Shown here: positions 13,187 through 27,931 of the stretch, one piece after another | How the letters are laid out: each line of letters starts with the position of its first letter | Numbering within the stretch: the first letter of the stretch is position 1 | Assembly: GCA_030390025.1 (NCBI GenBank) | Contig: CM059431.1 | Span: forward strand, 120,716,001-120,780,000 | Length of the DNA: 64,000 bases | Source: Squalus acanthias | Taxonomy: Eukaryota | Reading direction: 5' to 3' | The notes under the pieces: model-generated | The model's database searches: none | The model's input: only the letters and a program-made list of their open reading frames with translations | What the model was told of the DNA's origin: nothing | Translations under genes and position numbers: made by a program

Positions 13187-13257
13187 CCATTGACTTTGAG
13201 AATGTTGTGAAAACAAGCAAAATTTATAGAACCACACGTATTCACAGACATGTATGA
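13187..13257 (+). CDS. Possible short host exon (..IDFENVVKTSKIYRTTRIHRHV*)
   Basis: Pyrimidine tract plus CAG acceptor ending at 13186, protein-like reading frame, then a stop or a GTATGA donor; AATAAA near 13433; sequence looks non-repetitive. Confidence 0.3.
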
Positions 13258-14182
13258 GTAGGACAACTGTAAATATGAATCATCCGTTGTTCAGGAAGTT
13301 AACGAGGCACTAACTTTTTAAGAAAGTTTTCAAGGACGCTACTTGATGTTGTCACACCGAACTGCATCACCATGTTACTTGTGAGCATTGTTGTGACAAG
13401 AACGACACATAGCTCTTCTCCATCCTCAAAACAATAAAAGTTCTTCCGAATGCTATTTTTTTTTTTATCAAGACAGCCTTTTTGAAATGTATTTATTAAT
13501 TAAATATTTTCTCCCGAGTTTAAAAAACTATGAAAGACCAGTGGATCTGCCATGGTGTTTTTCATTGTTAGCTAGCTGGAGGAAAGGATTTTATAATAAG
13601 AGCAGCTTTAAACCATGTAATGCATCTGAGTTTTCGTCAAACCTTGCATCTAGTATGCATATCCTGTTTGTCGCACTTAATTCCTGTGTCACGAGTTTGT
13701 CACCCCTGGGTAGACACACCTGCTTCTAAACTGTATGTATAACTGTCTATAGATTTCTATTTGTATATTTACCGTTACTTACTTTTTGTGCCTCCAGAAG
13801 CTAGGTGGCGTTGTGGGTCCACAGTTACTGCCTGCTTACCAATGATTGTCTATCCCTGCCATTGGATTTCCAGCACTTCCCATTTCTCTCCTTAGAATCA
13901 TCGCTTTCAGACTCACCCCATCCATTCTCACCCTTTGTTGCTTGCGCTCACCAGTTTGATCTTGCTCACATCTCCTTCTTCCCCACCATCCACCCCACTG
14001 CCTGCTTTGTGTTGCTGTCCTTCTGGCAACCGTTCCCCCCACAAGATACAGCATGCTTTAGGCTGCCATCCACTCCTAATCCTGGTGGTACCTGATTCTT
14101 TGTTCTTTAAAACATCCTATCCCATTGCACTATCTTCTATTTATAGCTCAATTAACACTTAAAAGAACATAAAAATAGGTGT

Positions 14183-14302
14183 CCCAGACCTGAAACGTTA
14201 ACTCTGTTTCTCTCTCCACGGATGCTGCCTGGCCTGCTGAGTATTTCCAGCATTTTCTGTTGTTATTTCAGATTTCCAGCATCCGCAGTATTTTGCTATT
14301 GT
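14183..14302 (+). mobile_element. Short Penelope-type terminal-repeat insertion with 14-bp TSD
   Basis: ATAAAAATAGGTGT is duplicated at 14169-14182 and 14303-14316; the same unit recurs near 28925, 41545, 49294 and 49702. Confidence 0.7.
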
Positions 14303-15349
14303 ATAAAAATAGGTGTGATACTGGTGTGGGAGGCATGAAAAGGGAGACAGGGTAGAAGGGGCATTAGTGGTACAGGACAGCGATTGGGGGTTAAAGCGGT
14401 AGTGTAATAGAGCCTCAGGGATGTGGGAAAAGGGGATGGGGTGAGAAAAGGAATAAGGATGATTCACAGTGAGGAAGCAGGAGGGGAAGAGGTATTGCGA
14501 AAGTGCGAGTCGGAAGGTAGATTCTGGGGCTCATGTTTCAGATGGATTGGGTAGCTGTTGGAATCCAGACCGATGGGCACCTATTTGGAAGAGTGCTCAG
14601 GGAAGTGGGCCTTATGCCTAGCACCCAGCCCTGCTCAAATAGGAGAATCTAAGTCGAGTCTGTGTGTCACTTGTTGAACCTTGAAGAAGGGTTATTTTGC
14701 AGCTGAAGGAAGAGGAGAAGGAAGAGAAGATGGCTGGAGGCCCTGTGGCTGCTGTTTTTGGACAGAAGCCACAAGGGCTCTTAGGTCTGCTGCAACAGCT
14801 GATGCTCTTCCCTCATTTCCCAATGTTAAGTCCATTCGGGGGGTGGGCCTACATTGGGAAAGTGTCTAGTCTTTGGAAATTATCTGAACCCAGAAATGCA
14901 GGTGGAATATACTTTGTGTGCACGCCACCGTAATAACATCAGGCAGAGTGCTGGAGGAAAATTGTGGCTAGCAAATCTTAGTAAGTGAAATGGTATGTTA
15001 ATTTTTAATGGTAGGATCTTAATACCCTTTAATGTATAACAATTATTGTGCTGCTAAGGTGGAGCTGTGTTTAGCAGGCCAAATGCTTTCCGATAAACAA
15101 CATCTATTTAGCTCAAATAAGCAAGTTCGAGGTCAATAACAGCTTAAATACTGTGAGTGAGGGTGGTTTTCGGAATGCCAGGTGCTTATAATTTTCCAGA
15201 TTCTAACAACCTTGAAACTTTCCTGCCCAAAAAGGAAATGACCTGTAATTGAACTAACAATGAAATTACAGGGGAGCAGGGGGGTGCACGCCTTAAGACA
15301 CTTTGAAGGGTGACGGAAGCGCTCAAAACATTTATAATAATAGATGAAT

Positions 15350-17160
15350 AAGAAACATAGAAACATAGAAAAATAGGAGCAGGAGTAGGTCATTTGACCC
15401 TTCGAGCCTGCTCCGCCATTCAATATGATCATGGCTAATCCTCTATCTCAATACCATATTCCCACTCTCTCCCCATACCCCTTGGTGCCTTTTGTGTCTA
15501 GAAATCTATCTATCTCCTACTTAAATATATTCAGTGACTTGGCCTCCACAGACTTCTGTGGTAGAGAATTCCACAGGTTCACCACCCTCTGAGTGAAGAA
15601 ATTTCTCCTCATCTCAGTCCTAAATGTCCTACCCCGTATCCTGAGACTGTGACCCCTCGTTCTAGACCCCCCAGCCAGGGGAAACATCCTCCCTGCATCC
15701 AGTCTGTCTAGCCCTGTCAGAATTTTATATGTTTCAATGAGATCCCCTCTCAATCTTCTAAACTCTAGTGAATACAGGCCTAGTCGACCCAATCTCTCCT
15801 CATATGACAGTCCTGCCATCCCAGGAATCAGTCTGGTGAACCTTCGCTGCACTCCCTCTATGGCAAGTATATCCCTTCTTAGGTAAGGAGACCAAAACTG
15901 CACACAGTACTCCAGGTGTGGTCTCACCAAGGCCCTGTACAACTGTAGTAAGACATCCTTGCTCCCGTACTCAAATCCTCTTGCAATGAAGGCCAACATA
16001 CCATTTGCCTTCCTAACTGCTTGTTGCATCTGCATGTTTGCTTTCAGTGACTGGTGTACAAGGACACCCAGGTCCCTCTGTACATCAACATTTCCCAATC
16101 TATCACCATTTAAATAATACGCTGCCTTTCTGTTTTTCCTACCGAAGTGGGTAACTTCACATTTATCCACGTTATACTGCATCTGCCATGTATTTGCCCA
16201 CTCACTCAACTTGTCTAAATCGCCTTGAAGCCTCTTTGCATCCTCCTCACAACTCACAATCCCACCTAGTTTTGTGTCATCAGCAAACTTGGAAATATTA
16301 CATTTGGTTCCCTCATCCAAATCATTGATATATATTGTGAATAGCTGGGGCCCAAGCACTGTTCCCTACGGTACCCCACTAGTCACCGCCTGCCACCCCA
16401 AAAAAGACCCATTTATTCCTACTCTCTGTTTCCTGTCTGTTAACCAATTTTCAATCCATGCCAGTATATTACCCCCAATCCCATGTGCTTTAATTTTGCA
16501 CACCAACCTCTTATGTGGGACTTTATCAAAGGCCTTCTGAAAATCCAAATACACCATATCCACTGGTTCTCCTTTATCTATTCTACTGGTTACATCCTCA
16601 AAAAACTCCAGTAGGTTTGTCAAACACGATTTCCCTTTCATAAATTCATGTTGACTTTGTTTAATCCCATTGATATTTTGTTATCACATCCTTTATAATA
16701 GACTCTAGCATTTTCCCTACTACTGATGTTGGGCTAACTGGTCTGTCGTTCCCTGTTTTCTCTCTCCCTCCTTTTTTTAAATAGTGGGGTTACATTTGCC
16801 ACCCTCCAATCTGCAGGAACTGTTCCATAATCTATAGAATTTTGGAAGATGACAACCAATGCATCCACTATTTCCATGGCTACCTCTTGTAGTACTCTGG
16901 GATGCAGATTATCAGGCCCTGGGGATTTATCGGCTTTCAGTCCCATTAATTTCTCCAGCACTATTTTTTTACTAATCCTAATTTCCTTTATTTCCTCCTC
17001 CTCACTAGACCCTTGGTTCCCTCGCACTTCTGGGAAATTATTTGTGTCCTCTTCCGTGAAGACAGAACCAAAGTATTTGTTTAATTGCTCTGCCATTTCC
17101 TTGTTCCCCATTATAAATTCTCCCGTTTCTGACTGTAATTCTCCTGTTTCTGACTGTAAG
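15350..17160 (-). mobile_element. CR1 LINE, 5'-truncated, RT domain with frameshifts
   Basis: KSPGPDNLHPRVL, YLDFQKAFDKVPH, SGVP, GPQLF, KFADDTKL and RPHLEYC motifs; short tandem-repeat tail at ~15350-15370. Confidence 0.93.
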
Positions 17161-17925
17161 AGCAAAAAATACAATAATTAGGCCTTTGTAGCTTGTACCC
17201 CATAATTCAGGGAAACTTTGCCCACCAGAAACACAAATCAGGCCTTCTGGTGCAAAGATCAACAGATCTTGCAAGATTTTCCATCCATTGACTTCTGCAA
17301 CCAAATTCTCATTATATGTTCCTGATGGGCAAAGGTCTGGCCCAGGAGCACATATTTGAAAAGTCTCCACTCGTAAATTGGGCCTTTGCTGAAAGCTCAG
17401 TGTGCTGACAGTATTCATCCAGAGGAAATGCATTTATCTCGCACTTCCTCAGAGAATGTCTGCCTAGTCATATTTTATGTTCCATAATTTTCTTTTCTTT
17501 TAAAAACATCCTTGTTTGAAGGGTTCCTCTGTGAAGCCTGCAGGCATTAATTTGTCACACTATTAAAATGGAGTGAATGAGCTAAAGCGAAAAGTGCCAG
17601 AGCAATTCCCTTGTAAGCATGTCCACTCCACCGTACTGGCATCAGAGTTTATAATCTCTTTCGAGATTGATTGAGGGCTGACTGTTTTTTTCCAATTAGC
17701 AACACATATTTGTTAACAATGTTTAGCTTTCATATCAGTGAAAAGAAGTGAGAGATAGAAAGCGAGTGGGAGGAAGCTATATAATTGATGAGAAGAGAGT
17801 TTTCTTGTACTTAGGGCAAGCCTGTCACTTATGTCACCGGTGTAACCACCGTGACTCTTTTTCTCTACCAAGTTCAAACAGGACACAGCCACTGTACAAA
17901 CTGAAGCAGTTTATTTAAAACATAT

Positions 17926-20404
17926 GGGGGTAGAGTTTCCGCTCGAATCCGCTGGTTTTTTTTCGGCTGAATTCATCCAAAACATCACAGAATTTTAAGC
18001 GCAAATTCCGTCCAGCGCAAATTGAGTTTCCGCGCTCTTTTGCGCTAGTTTAAAAAACATCGTGCTAGAAGCTGGCACTGCCCACAAAACTGGCCACGCC
18101 CCCAGATTGAATTAATCACCATGAGTAGTTTCCGCTAATTGCACCCGTTTGTGGACTTTGAGGAGGCGCTAAAAATTAAGCTGGTTCTTTCGGGTGCAAG
18201 GACGCTAACAGGCACATTTTAAAAGCTTTTGAATTTAATTTACTGAGAAACTGACGACTGTACCCCAAAATAACTAGCAAATGGTTCTGTATCGTTTTTA
18301 AAAAGTCATTTTCAGTCATTTAAAATCGGGTCACTCACAGGTGGAGAATTTACTCTTTGATTAAAAAATCAGTGTAATTTTGTGATAAACCCATTTTCAG
18401 CTGTATTAATGGGCTGAATTTTGCCGGCGCTCAGAGTGCGGGTTTGGAGGCAGGTCCACTGTCAAAATCGAAATGATTGACAGCGGGTTGGGAAACTGCC
18501 GCGAACCCGCCTCCATGTAAGTTTCCAAAGTGTCGGGTCTGCGAATTCAGAACAGACCCGACACCAAGTGGCAAGGGAGGGGTTTTAGATAGTTAAATGC
18601 TTGTTAACGCTCGTTAACCACTATTCTGCCAGCCTATTCCTATTTTACCACTTTTTTAATGGGGTTCACGTCGTTCGGAGATCACGTCAGGTAAGTAGGT
18701 TGGGTTCTCTATGTCTCCACACTGCTGTGAATAGGTGACAGCTGCAAAAGTGGTATGAAAGCTACCATTTCACAGCTGGTCACTTTCCAATGTCAGAAGC
18801 TTGAGCCTTCAGGACTTGGAAGACACTTTTGAGCTGTATGCAGTTTGGAAGTGTTTGGAGTAAACTCTCTATCCACTGTCACCTCCTTGGAGCAAATTCT
18901 CTCACCATTGACAGATCGCTTCTGTCATCTCAACTTCAGCTGCCATTTATTCCAGCCCTTGAAAAAATCTCACCTTGGTCCTCTGAATCCCTCCACGATC
19001 AGCCCCAACACCAACATCACCAGGCACACCAACAACAACACCAACCTTCTCTGCAATCATCTGATGCTGCACAGGACACAGGCCATCAGCACCCGATCAC
19101 ATTACTGCCCGGGAGGCCAGCGATGGCATCACTATGGCCAGATTTACTTCACTTGACACTGTAAACCCTGGCTGCCACATGATGCGCCAGGTTGACACCA
19201 CCCCACACCAACACCATAAAGCATCCCTGCAATGTCCAAGCCATTCTTTTCAAATTCTTCACATTTGTGGGGGGAGGGGAACATTCACTGGAACTCACTA
19301 AGACACTTCCAAAGGTGAGCACAAATCTGTCCAATAAGGAAAAGTGTTGAAAATAAAGATTTCAATGTTTGACAGCACATTAACTGAAAATTTACATGAA
19401 CATTGCACAAGACACCCAAGTGCCTACCCTTGTGTGTTGTTAGTTGGTATGACTGGACAAGGATGAGGGTGAGTGCGAAGGGTGGCTAGTGAGATGGGGA
19501 AGTGATAATGTAGATAGAAAGGGATGGGTGGAGGTGCAAGGTAAGTTGGTGTGAGTAAAGATGTGCAGGAGTAGGGTAGGGAAGTCAGAGTTATGGGGAT
19601 GTGATGAGTGGCACAGCAGGATGAGGTTGAGTGTGGCTTTGCAGTAACATTTTGTGATCTACTGAGATCATTGAAAGGTTTGTGCCACTGCAGCCAGGTA
19701 CTCTTGATGGCATCCCTGCTTTTGCCCTCCTGTGTAATGTGCAACCAGGCTACGTTAGTCTCCTGAGGAGGTGTCTTCCGCCATCGGAAGGGAAGAGAAC
19801 CTTCCTGCCTGCTGTGACTCCCTCCATAAGTATATGGAGGGAGTCATGGGAGAGCCTGGGTGCAGCCGTGCACCTTTGTGCAGTGCTTGTCAGTGTTTGC
19901 AGCTGTAGATCACTGACAGCACAACTGTCAAAATGAATGTGGCCATGGTCCCTTTAAGGAAACCGGCTGATGACACGTCATCAAATGATGTAATCAGACC
20001 TGCTTCCTTTTAATTGGACGGGAACCTCGCAGGGTGGGCTTAACAAGGACAATCAACGTAAAATTCTTTTCACAGAGCGGCTGCAGCCGAGAGTGAGACT
20101 GGGACCCGCCAATCACCTCTCTCACCGCGATCCCTCCTCCGCAGGTGAAATCGGCTGCACCAAGTTACCATGCTTAAATATATCACGGAATATTTTTTCA
20201 AGCAAAAATTTGTTTTTCAAAATGAAGTTCTAAAACGCTGCCCGATTGCGCTGGTTCATGCAAATTTTGCGTTTGACGATATGCAAATGAGTTTGAGCGG
20301 ATACTCGAGGAAAAAAACCTCTTTTCAAAATGGGCGCAATCGGCAATCCGAGCCCAAATTGCGCCCAAAATTGCGCCCGTTTTGATAAGCGGAAACTCTT
20401 AGCC
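17926..20404. mobile_element. Non-autonomous TIR element (Harbinger-like MITE) containing a nested Harbinger derivative at ~18411-20155
   Basis: TIR core AGAGTTTCCGCT / AGCGGAAACTCT; the copy at 25080-25811 lacks the insert after CAGCTGTATTAA. Confidence 0.7.
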
Positions 20405-21978
20405 AAGGTAATTAGTTGGTTTGCAAAACAGGTCACATACTGTATTGCCCTTGTTAGGCCTTGTTAACTCTTCAGCTTATTTCAACAACCGGCCCAAGTT
20501 ATTTCAAGAGCAGGGAAGAAAACGGCAGGAAATAACTTATATTCTTTTTGTGTTTCATTGTGATTTGTTGGTGTTTTATGCAAAGTATGATGTCTGGAGT
20601 GTGATGGACTCTATGGTGCTCTTATTGTGAGTCTAGGGACATTTTAAAGACATTGTATAAATGCAAGCTATTGTTGAGCTAAAGGTACCGGGTGGGGGGG
20701 CGTTGGAAGTGCTGTGATGTGGAAGTGACTGCTGGCGTATAAATCTCCAGTGAAAGAATTTGGACTGAGGTTTGTAAGGATGCTGTTCAGTGACAGTGAA
20801 GCAAATGATTTTTTGATTGAGTTCTGCAAAATAATTATTATTTGTTTGTTGAACCTTTGTGCCTGGCTAAATAATCGACAGCCCTGCATGAATAATTCTT
20901 TATGTGAACAATGGCTGTTTTAAAAGTTTCAAGAAATATAAGAAAGGTTGCAATCATCTCTGTGTCTCTTTCTATCTGTCTGTATCTGTTACAGCTACGC
21001 TTTCTCTCTCAAGTGAAATATAAGCACTTGAAATAGTTTTCCTGTCAAACCTTCAGTCAGAAAAGGTTCTAAAGTTTGTGCTGAAATTTGGTTTGAAATC
21101 AATTGGTAAATACAATCTCACAGTTACAGTTATAAGCTGAGGAATGACACAGTTCAAATGGTTGCAGTGACAAAATCACACTGATGCATGCAAGGAGATT
21201 GTCCACATTGCATACACTGTGACTGCAACAATCTGGGAATTACAGACTTGTGGACTAATGATCCCTCTTCAGCTGACAGACTAATAGGGGCAAAGAATCT
21301 GGGACCTGCAAGTAAAAATGTTCATGAAGGTACTCAATGACACAAAGCACAATTTTGTAGGTAAATTTAATCATATAATCGTGAAATATATAATTTTTAT
21401 AGCTTTTCCTTTTCCCCCTGATAACAACAGCTGTATTTATTTTGGTTTTGTTCATTTGTTTTCTTTACATCTGTCTCTAAATTTCTGCTGTAGTTTTCAG
21501 GTGATAAAACACCTGCCAGTCATTAAGATTAAACAGAACCTAACTTTAACCTCTTAGAAAGAAAGAAAGCGAGAAAGAGCAACTCCCAGAAACAGCAATG
21601 TGATAATAGCCAGGTAATCTGTTTTATTTATGTTGGTTGAGGGACAAATATTGGCCAGGACACCGTGGAAAACTCTGCTCTTCTTCGAAATAAGAACTTT
21701 CATTCATATCGTGCCGTAAATGTTGGCCTTGCCAGCGATGCCCACATCCCAGCAACAAATAAAAAAAATCACAGCCTCAGGTGAATGGTTGATTGAGCTA
21801 AGCCCATGAGTAGACCCAGCAGGAGGTCCTGCAACCCGCTCAGTCAGCACCTTGTGACGAAATGAATGTGGTTGGTGAGAATTGAAGCCAAAAGTTGATG
21901 AGCAGCCTCTTCTCGCAATGAAAGCAGGAGCTGACTTAAGCTAATAGTCAAAGTCCCAAAATAGGTGCTGTTTACATT

Positions 21979-22631
21979 GGCCCTGAAATTCGCCTCTCCG
22001 GCTTGCCGCGGGGGTAAGGATCGCACGCGTACTTACCTACCGCGCCTGCCGTTATGTTTTGGGCCCACGGAAACTTCAGCTCCTGGGCCTGCTCCAACTG
22101 CCGGCACACAGTGTGTGCGTGTCCCAGGGGCGCAGTTAGTGCGATGCGTCCCCTGGGATCACGTGGGCCATGGAGAGCCAATGGCAGCAGACCATCTTTC
22201 ATTTATAGAGACCTGTCAAATCTGTGAATTTAAATCGGCCCCAAAAGAACAGCTAAACTTAAAATAAATTTTAAAAAAAACCATCACATTTATAAAATAA
22301 CTATAGTTAAATAAATTAACCACTTTAAACAAAAATTTAAATTTTTGAAAAAATTAAAATACTTTTTAAAAGTGATAAAAATAAACTTACCTTTCTTTAA
22401 AGTATCTAAAAAAGATAAACCTGTTGAAAAAGTTTTTAAATTATACTTAAGTTTGCTGCGTGCGTGCAGCCTCTACTGCGCACGCGGTTCACCTAGGAAC
22501 CGCCCCCTTCACCAGACCGGAAGTTCCGGTTTCCCGCGCATGCGCAGTGCATGCAGGAAACCGGCACTTCGGGACGCCTTACGGGTGAGTACGCACTGTG
22601 TACTCACCCGGAAGGGACGATTTTTTGGCCC
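21979..22631. mobile_element. MITE with GC-rich arms and AT-rich core
   Basis: GGCCCTGAAATT...TTTTTTGGCCC ends; inverted copy at 35237-36112. Confidence 0.7.
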
Positions 22632-25079
22632 ATGACTTCTAATAGAAACGCTCTGACAGAAATGTTTCCTTACATTCTCATAGCCCATTTTGTGATTGAA
22701 GAATTTCTATAGGGCTTCTTAAAACATTGCTCTGCAAAACAGAAAGATGGATTGAAGTGTGAGATTGTAGCAGTGCTTTTAAAGTTAAATAGGTGGCTAT
22801 TAAAGACAAAACACAATAAACTGTTGCAATTAACAGACTAAACTTGTTTGGGTATAATAACAATTCCATTCTAGATAGAGAAGTACTGCCTGTGCAGGAC
22901 GTGTCCTTTAAATTGCATTGGGCTTTACTTCCAATGGCAAATTAACGATATGTAGAGGAGAAACAAATATTTATGTTTTTGTCTTGCTGCAATCATGGCA
23001 GGAAACTTTACTGGTGTTGAATCTAGATAATACAGCAGAGATTAATGAATTAGTCAGTAAACTGCAGAGTCTCAGTTCAGCCCAAGAATCATCATCCTCA
23101 CAACCTGATGAATTTATTTGAATGACAAATATTCACAAGAGTTTAGGGAAGTACAGGCAGATATCTCACATAAAAAGGGTATCAGTTTACTGGAGCCTTT
23201 GACTTTGATGCCTCAATTTTGTGTCACATTTAGGATTTCTGACTGTGCTGCCATGGGAGAGTGGGGGCCTTGGTGTAATATATGTTAAAAATGCTACAAT
23301 TGAACTAAACCTAACACTTAAGGAGATAAATTCCCAAGACAGAAAAGCTAGGAGATATGGATTAAGATTCAGACAGGGTATCTGAACCAACATACTCCAG
23401 GCAATTAGTTTGAATATTTCAGTTAACTTTCACGCCTACTTTGGGTGAGATTGGGTGAGATGACTTGATTTATTTGAGCTCAGCAGGGGTAGTTGCCAGA
23501 ATAGTGGAGTGTGATTCCACTTTATTGGGTCAGAATTAACAAATGGGGAGAACAAAAGCAATGTTCAGGATCCGTTAAGTATAACCAAGGGAAGGTAGGT
23601 CTGAGCCTGAGCTGGGAATTAAAATATAGCAGGTAGGTTTTCCCAGCTCGAAGCTGACCTAAAATTAACTGAAACATGAAGTGAAGATGTTGTCCCCTTA
23701 TTTGGCATGGCGTGTTTTCGCTGTTTTGTGTTGTTGCAGGAAGTGTTATAGGAAAGTTTCAAAAATTCAGAAAGTTCTACTTTTGTTCAGTTACGTGTCT
23801 TCTGCAAAACAAACCAGCTTCTTAATTTGTTATTAACGTCATCTGAGAGTGTTCATCAGTCCTGCTGATCACAAGATTGGAGAAGCCCACGAGAAGGCAC
23901 GTGTCAAGTTATTGTAGACAGTCAAAGGGGACACATTACTACAACCTCTGGGTTGCACTATTGTGTATGTAGATATTAGGCAGCAGGAGTCAACTCTGGA
24001 ATGTAAGAGATGTGGGATCCACTTGCAGAAGAATCTAATACCATTGAACCCGAGAAGGTAGCTATGGTAGGCCCAAAGCTTGTAACACTTGGTTTCTTTC
24101 ATGGTCTTGCTGCACATCCCGGTACAGTTGAGTTCAGGTGCTTTGTATTTCTCAGAGGTGTCCTTTTTATCATGGAATCAATGCTCTTGGAATAACCATT
24201 GATTGTGCTGGGTGATCATGCACTCAGTACAATTGGCAGATAGTACACCTTCCAGAATCTTATTCTGCCCCTAATTCAAGTATTCTCTACTCTAGATATC
24301 AGTCCATGCAATCTTCATTAAATTAAATTGGTAAGTTTAGGTATGTTCAGCCAGGTACGTCTGAGAGAAAACTCTGATGCCAGTGGAGTTTCTTCCTCAG
24401 GCATATCAATTTGACTGGCCTTGTGATATCACCCTGAAGGAGATTCATGGGATGTGATTTATTCTGTGTGGTTGTGTAACAAAATCATAAACTTGTTTCT
24501 TATACAAACATTTATCCAGTCATGAACCTTCCCAATAAAAGCAAGGGTTGAGTACAGAATTTCTAGGCTATTCAGCAAGTGCACAGTAGACTTCATGAAT
24601 ACCAAGATAAATTCAGCAGGTATAGTACTGGGATATCTATTCTAATTGCCATTGACTTTCTGTATCTAAATGAATGTGGACAATTGATTTCCTCCAAGTG
24701 GATTCTAGATACTAGAAATAACTGCAGTGTAAAGTGGTAAACATAGTAACTCCACCCCTCCCCCCTTTTGTTCATCAGAATGTTAAACTCCCACGTCTTC
24801 AAAAGCTTTAAATATACGTCCATGGAACAACTGAAGAAGTATTGGAGATCTATAATGGGGATTTACCAAAAGGTAGGGAGCATAGCAGGCCAGTTGGTCA
24901 GCTTCTTTACATTGTTCTCTTCTGAAAATATTGATTGTCCAATGGGAACCATTTTGCATCCCCCTATTTCTTTCACTGTCATCTCTCCAATCATTAATCA
25001 TGTCCATCCTTTCTCTTCTCGTAAATGTTTCTTTATTACATGGATTAGATCAAATTGGTAACCTACTAAACCAACTAGA

Positions 25080-25811
25080 GGCCTGGAATTTCCACTAGGT
25101 TGGGCTGGGTTTGATGGCACAATTCACCTGAAATCGGCCAAACCAGCGCAAAAGATCGCAGAATTTTAAGCGCAAATTACGTTTAGCGCAAATCAAACTT
25201 CCACGATCTTTTGCGCTAGTTAAAAAAAATCGTGCTGGGAGCTGGCCTGCCCACAAAATTGGCCACGCCCCCCAGATCGAATGAATCGCCATTGCTAGCT
25301 TCCGCTAATTGCACTCGTTTGTGGGCCTTCGAGGAGGATTTAAAAATTAAGCTCTTTTGTTTAGGCACACAGACACTAATAGGCGCGTTTTAAAAGCTTT
25401 TGAATTTTATTTTACTTTACTAAGAAACTGACTACTGTACACTAATTTAACTAGCAAACCAATATGTATAGATTTTTAAAGTCATTTTCAATCATTTTAA
25501 ACTGGGTTACTCACAGGTGGTGGACTAGAGACTGATTAAAAAGCTTATTTTCTGTGATAAACCCATTTTCAGCTGTATTAAGCAAAGTAACCCAAGTTAC
25601 CACTCTTAAATATATCACGGAATACTTTTTAAAGCAAAATTATTTTTTTTAAGTTCTAAAATACTGGCCAATTGCGCTGGTTCATGGCAGCTTTTGCATT
25701 CGCTGATATGCAAATGAGTTTGAGCAGGAACTCGAGAAAAAAAACTTCTCAAAACTTCGCGCAATTTGCGCCCGGATCGCCGATTGTGCACAAAGCAGAA
25801 ACTCTAGCCCC
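25080..25811. mobile_element. MITE, same family as 17926-20404
   Basis: Colinear similarity with both arms of the 17926 element. Confidence 0.7.
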
Positions 25812-25957
25812 CATCTGTATGAGACCCAGCTTTGATCACATGTTTAATAAGAATGATTAACCTGAAACTTTGAGAGCTAAACCTTTCATTTTAGTGTGGA
25901 AGGGTATCCTTCATGGGTGGCATGAACAACAACACTGTACAAAATAGTTTGGTCATT

Positions 25958-26678
25958 GACCCCAAATTTACGGTCAGAGGCTTCCCGCGGGCGGATGCCT
26001 CCGACCTGTAAAATATCTACGAATTTACCTGGCGGGCCGGGCGATGATGAGACTTGCGATCCTGGGCCTCTCTGGGTACACGCGGGCAGAGGCCCACGTA
26101 TCCAAGGCTCGCAAGCGTCCCTGGGATCACGTGGGCCAGCCCAACCAATAAAAGAAGGGAATCCGCATTCATACTTATGGGAGTTCCGTACATATGGAAC
26201 TTCCATAAGTATGAATGGGGATCAATTAAAAAATACACCAACACATGGAATAATTGTTTTTTAAATTACATATTTAAAATTAATTAAAATGCCATTTAAT
26301 TAAATATTTTAAACAAAAATGTATATGTTTTAACGGGGCTAAAAATAAACTTACTTTATTGGGCAGGGTTTTTAATGTATAAATGAGTGATAAAATTTTA
26401 TTTTTCTATTTTTAAAACTCTTATGCTGGTAAAAGCAGGCCTTATGCCTGCTTTTACCAGGCGTAAGAATTTCACGGGCATTCAGCGGGCGGAAGTCGGG
26501 CAAATAGCGCAATTCTCCGCCCGCAGAGGCCCTTCTCCCGGGGATGCGGATTCAATCGCTTCTCTTGACAGATCCTCCGCATTCCCTTCTCCTGGGCATG
26601 CCTAAACCCGGAACTTGTGTGACCCGACGGGCGCGTACACACCTCATACGCACCCATAGGGGTCGCAAAATAAGGCCC
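25958..26678. mobile_element. MITE; a related, interrupted copy lies at ~27563-27820 plus ~29038-29386
   Basis: Shared internal palindrome CTGGTAAAAGCAGGC-CTTAT-GCCTGCTTTTACCAG. Confidence 0.65.
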
Positions 26679-27931
26679 ATTATTTATTTTTCCAGAGCCA
26701 ATGGTGGGATTTCCTGAAAGAACAATGGAAATTAGTTGAAAGGCACCACAAGGATAAACAATACAATATAGAAATCCCATTTGATAAGATTTGTATTTTA
26801 TAATAAGTATCCCAACAATCCAGAAAGATATGGCATGAGGTTAAAATTCTTCGCTACACAGGCGTTTAACACAAACATAGTTTGCTCAAGTTAGTTCACA
26901 GAAGAATAGCAGGTAGAATTTCTGCAGTGGTTCTCCCGATCTCCTGTCATAACTTTGGCAGAAAATCCAGAGAAACAGCATAAACTAAGGTCTAAAGACA
27001 GGTTTCATTTAATGAGGACAGGATTGGATTCTGCTTTGATGTCTCTCATGGTGCATACCATGATGACATTCACCGTCTGGGTGCCCACATGAACAATGTA
27101 CTAGAGAACATGATGGGCCGAATGGCCTCCTTCTGTGCTGTAAATTTCTATGAATTTCTATTAACTGTCAGTACCCGTGGAACCGTATTCTCACAAGATT
27201 TGGTGTGTTCAAGGCAAGAAAGTTGATATAATTGGAAATAAAGTTTAAATGTTGGCTTTGCACTGGTTGCAGTATGAAGCCAAAAAAGTCTCAGAATACA
27301 ATTCTTAATAAGTGATCTGAATGTGAATCTGTTTGAAATAAACTGAATTATACTGATGTGAAAAGATAGGAAGAGTGGAGGTCCGAAAAGATTTAGGAGT
27401 CCAAGTACACAGATCACTAAAATGTAGTACAAAAAATAATCAATAAAGCCAATGGAATGTTAGCCTTTATAACTAGAGGGCTTGAATATAAAAGGGAAGA
27501 AGTTTTGCTTCAGCTATACAAAGCCCTGGTTAGGCCACATCTGGAGTACTGTGCACAGTTCTGGGCCCCGGGATCACGTGGGCCAGCCCAACCAATGGAA
27601 GAAGGGAATCCCCCTTCATACTTTTGACAGTTCCGTAGGTACAGAACTATCAAAAGTATGAATGGGGATGACTGCAAAAATGCACCAACACACTGAAATA
27701 AATAAAGAAAAACCATTACATATATAAAATTAATTAAAATGGCATTTAATTAAATAAATATGTTAAACAAAAATTAGATTTTTTGAAAAAAAAATTATAT
27801 GGTTAAACGGGGCTTAATATAACCTTCATTCTGCCAGCGCATTTCACACTTTATCGAGAGCCATCCTTTGTTCCTCAACCTGTCACATTACCACCTCCTC
27901 TTGCCTTGAATATCTCTTAATGTCTCTGAAT

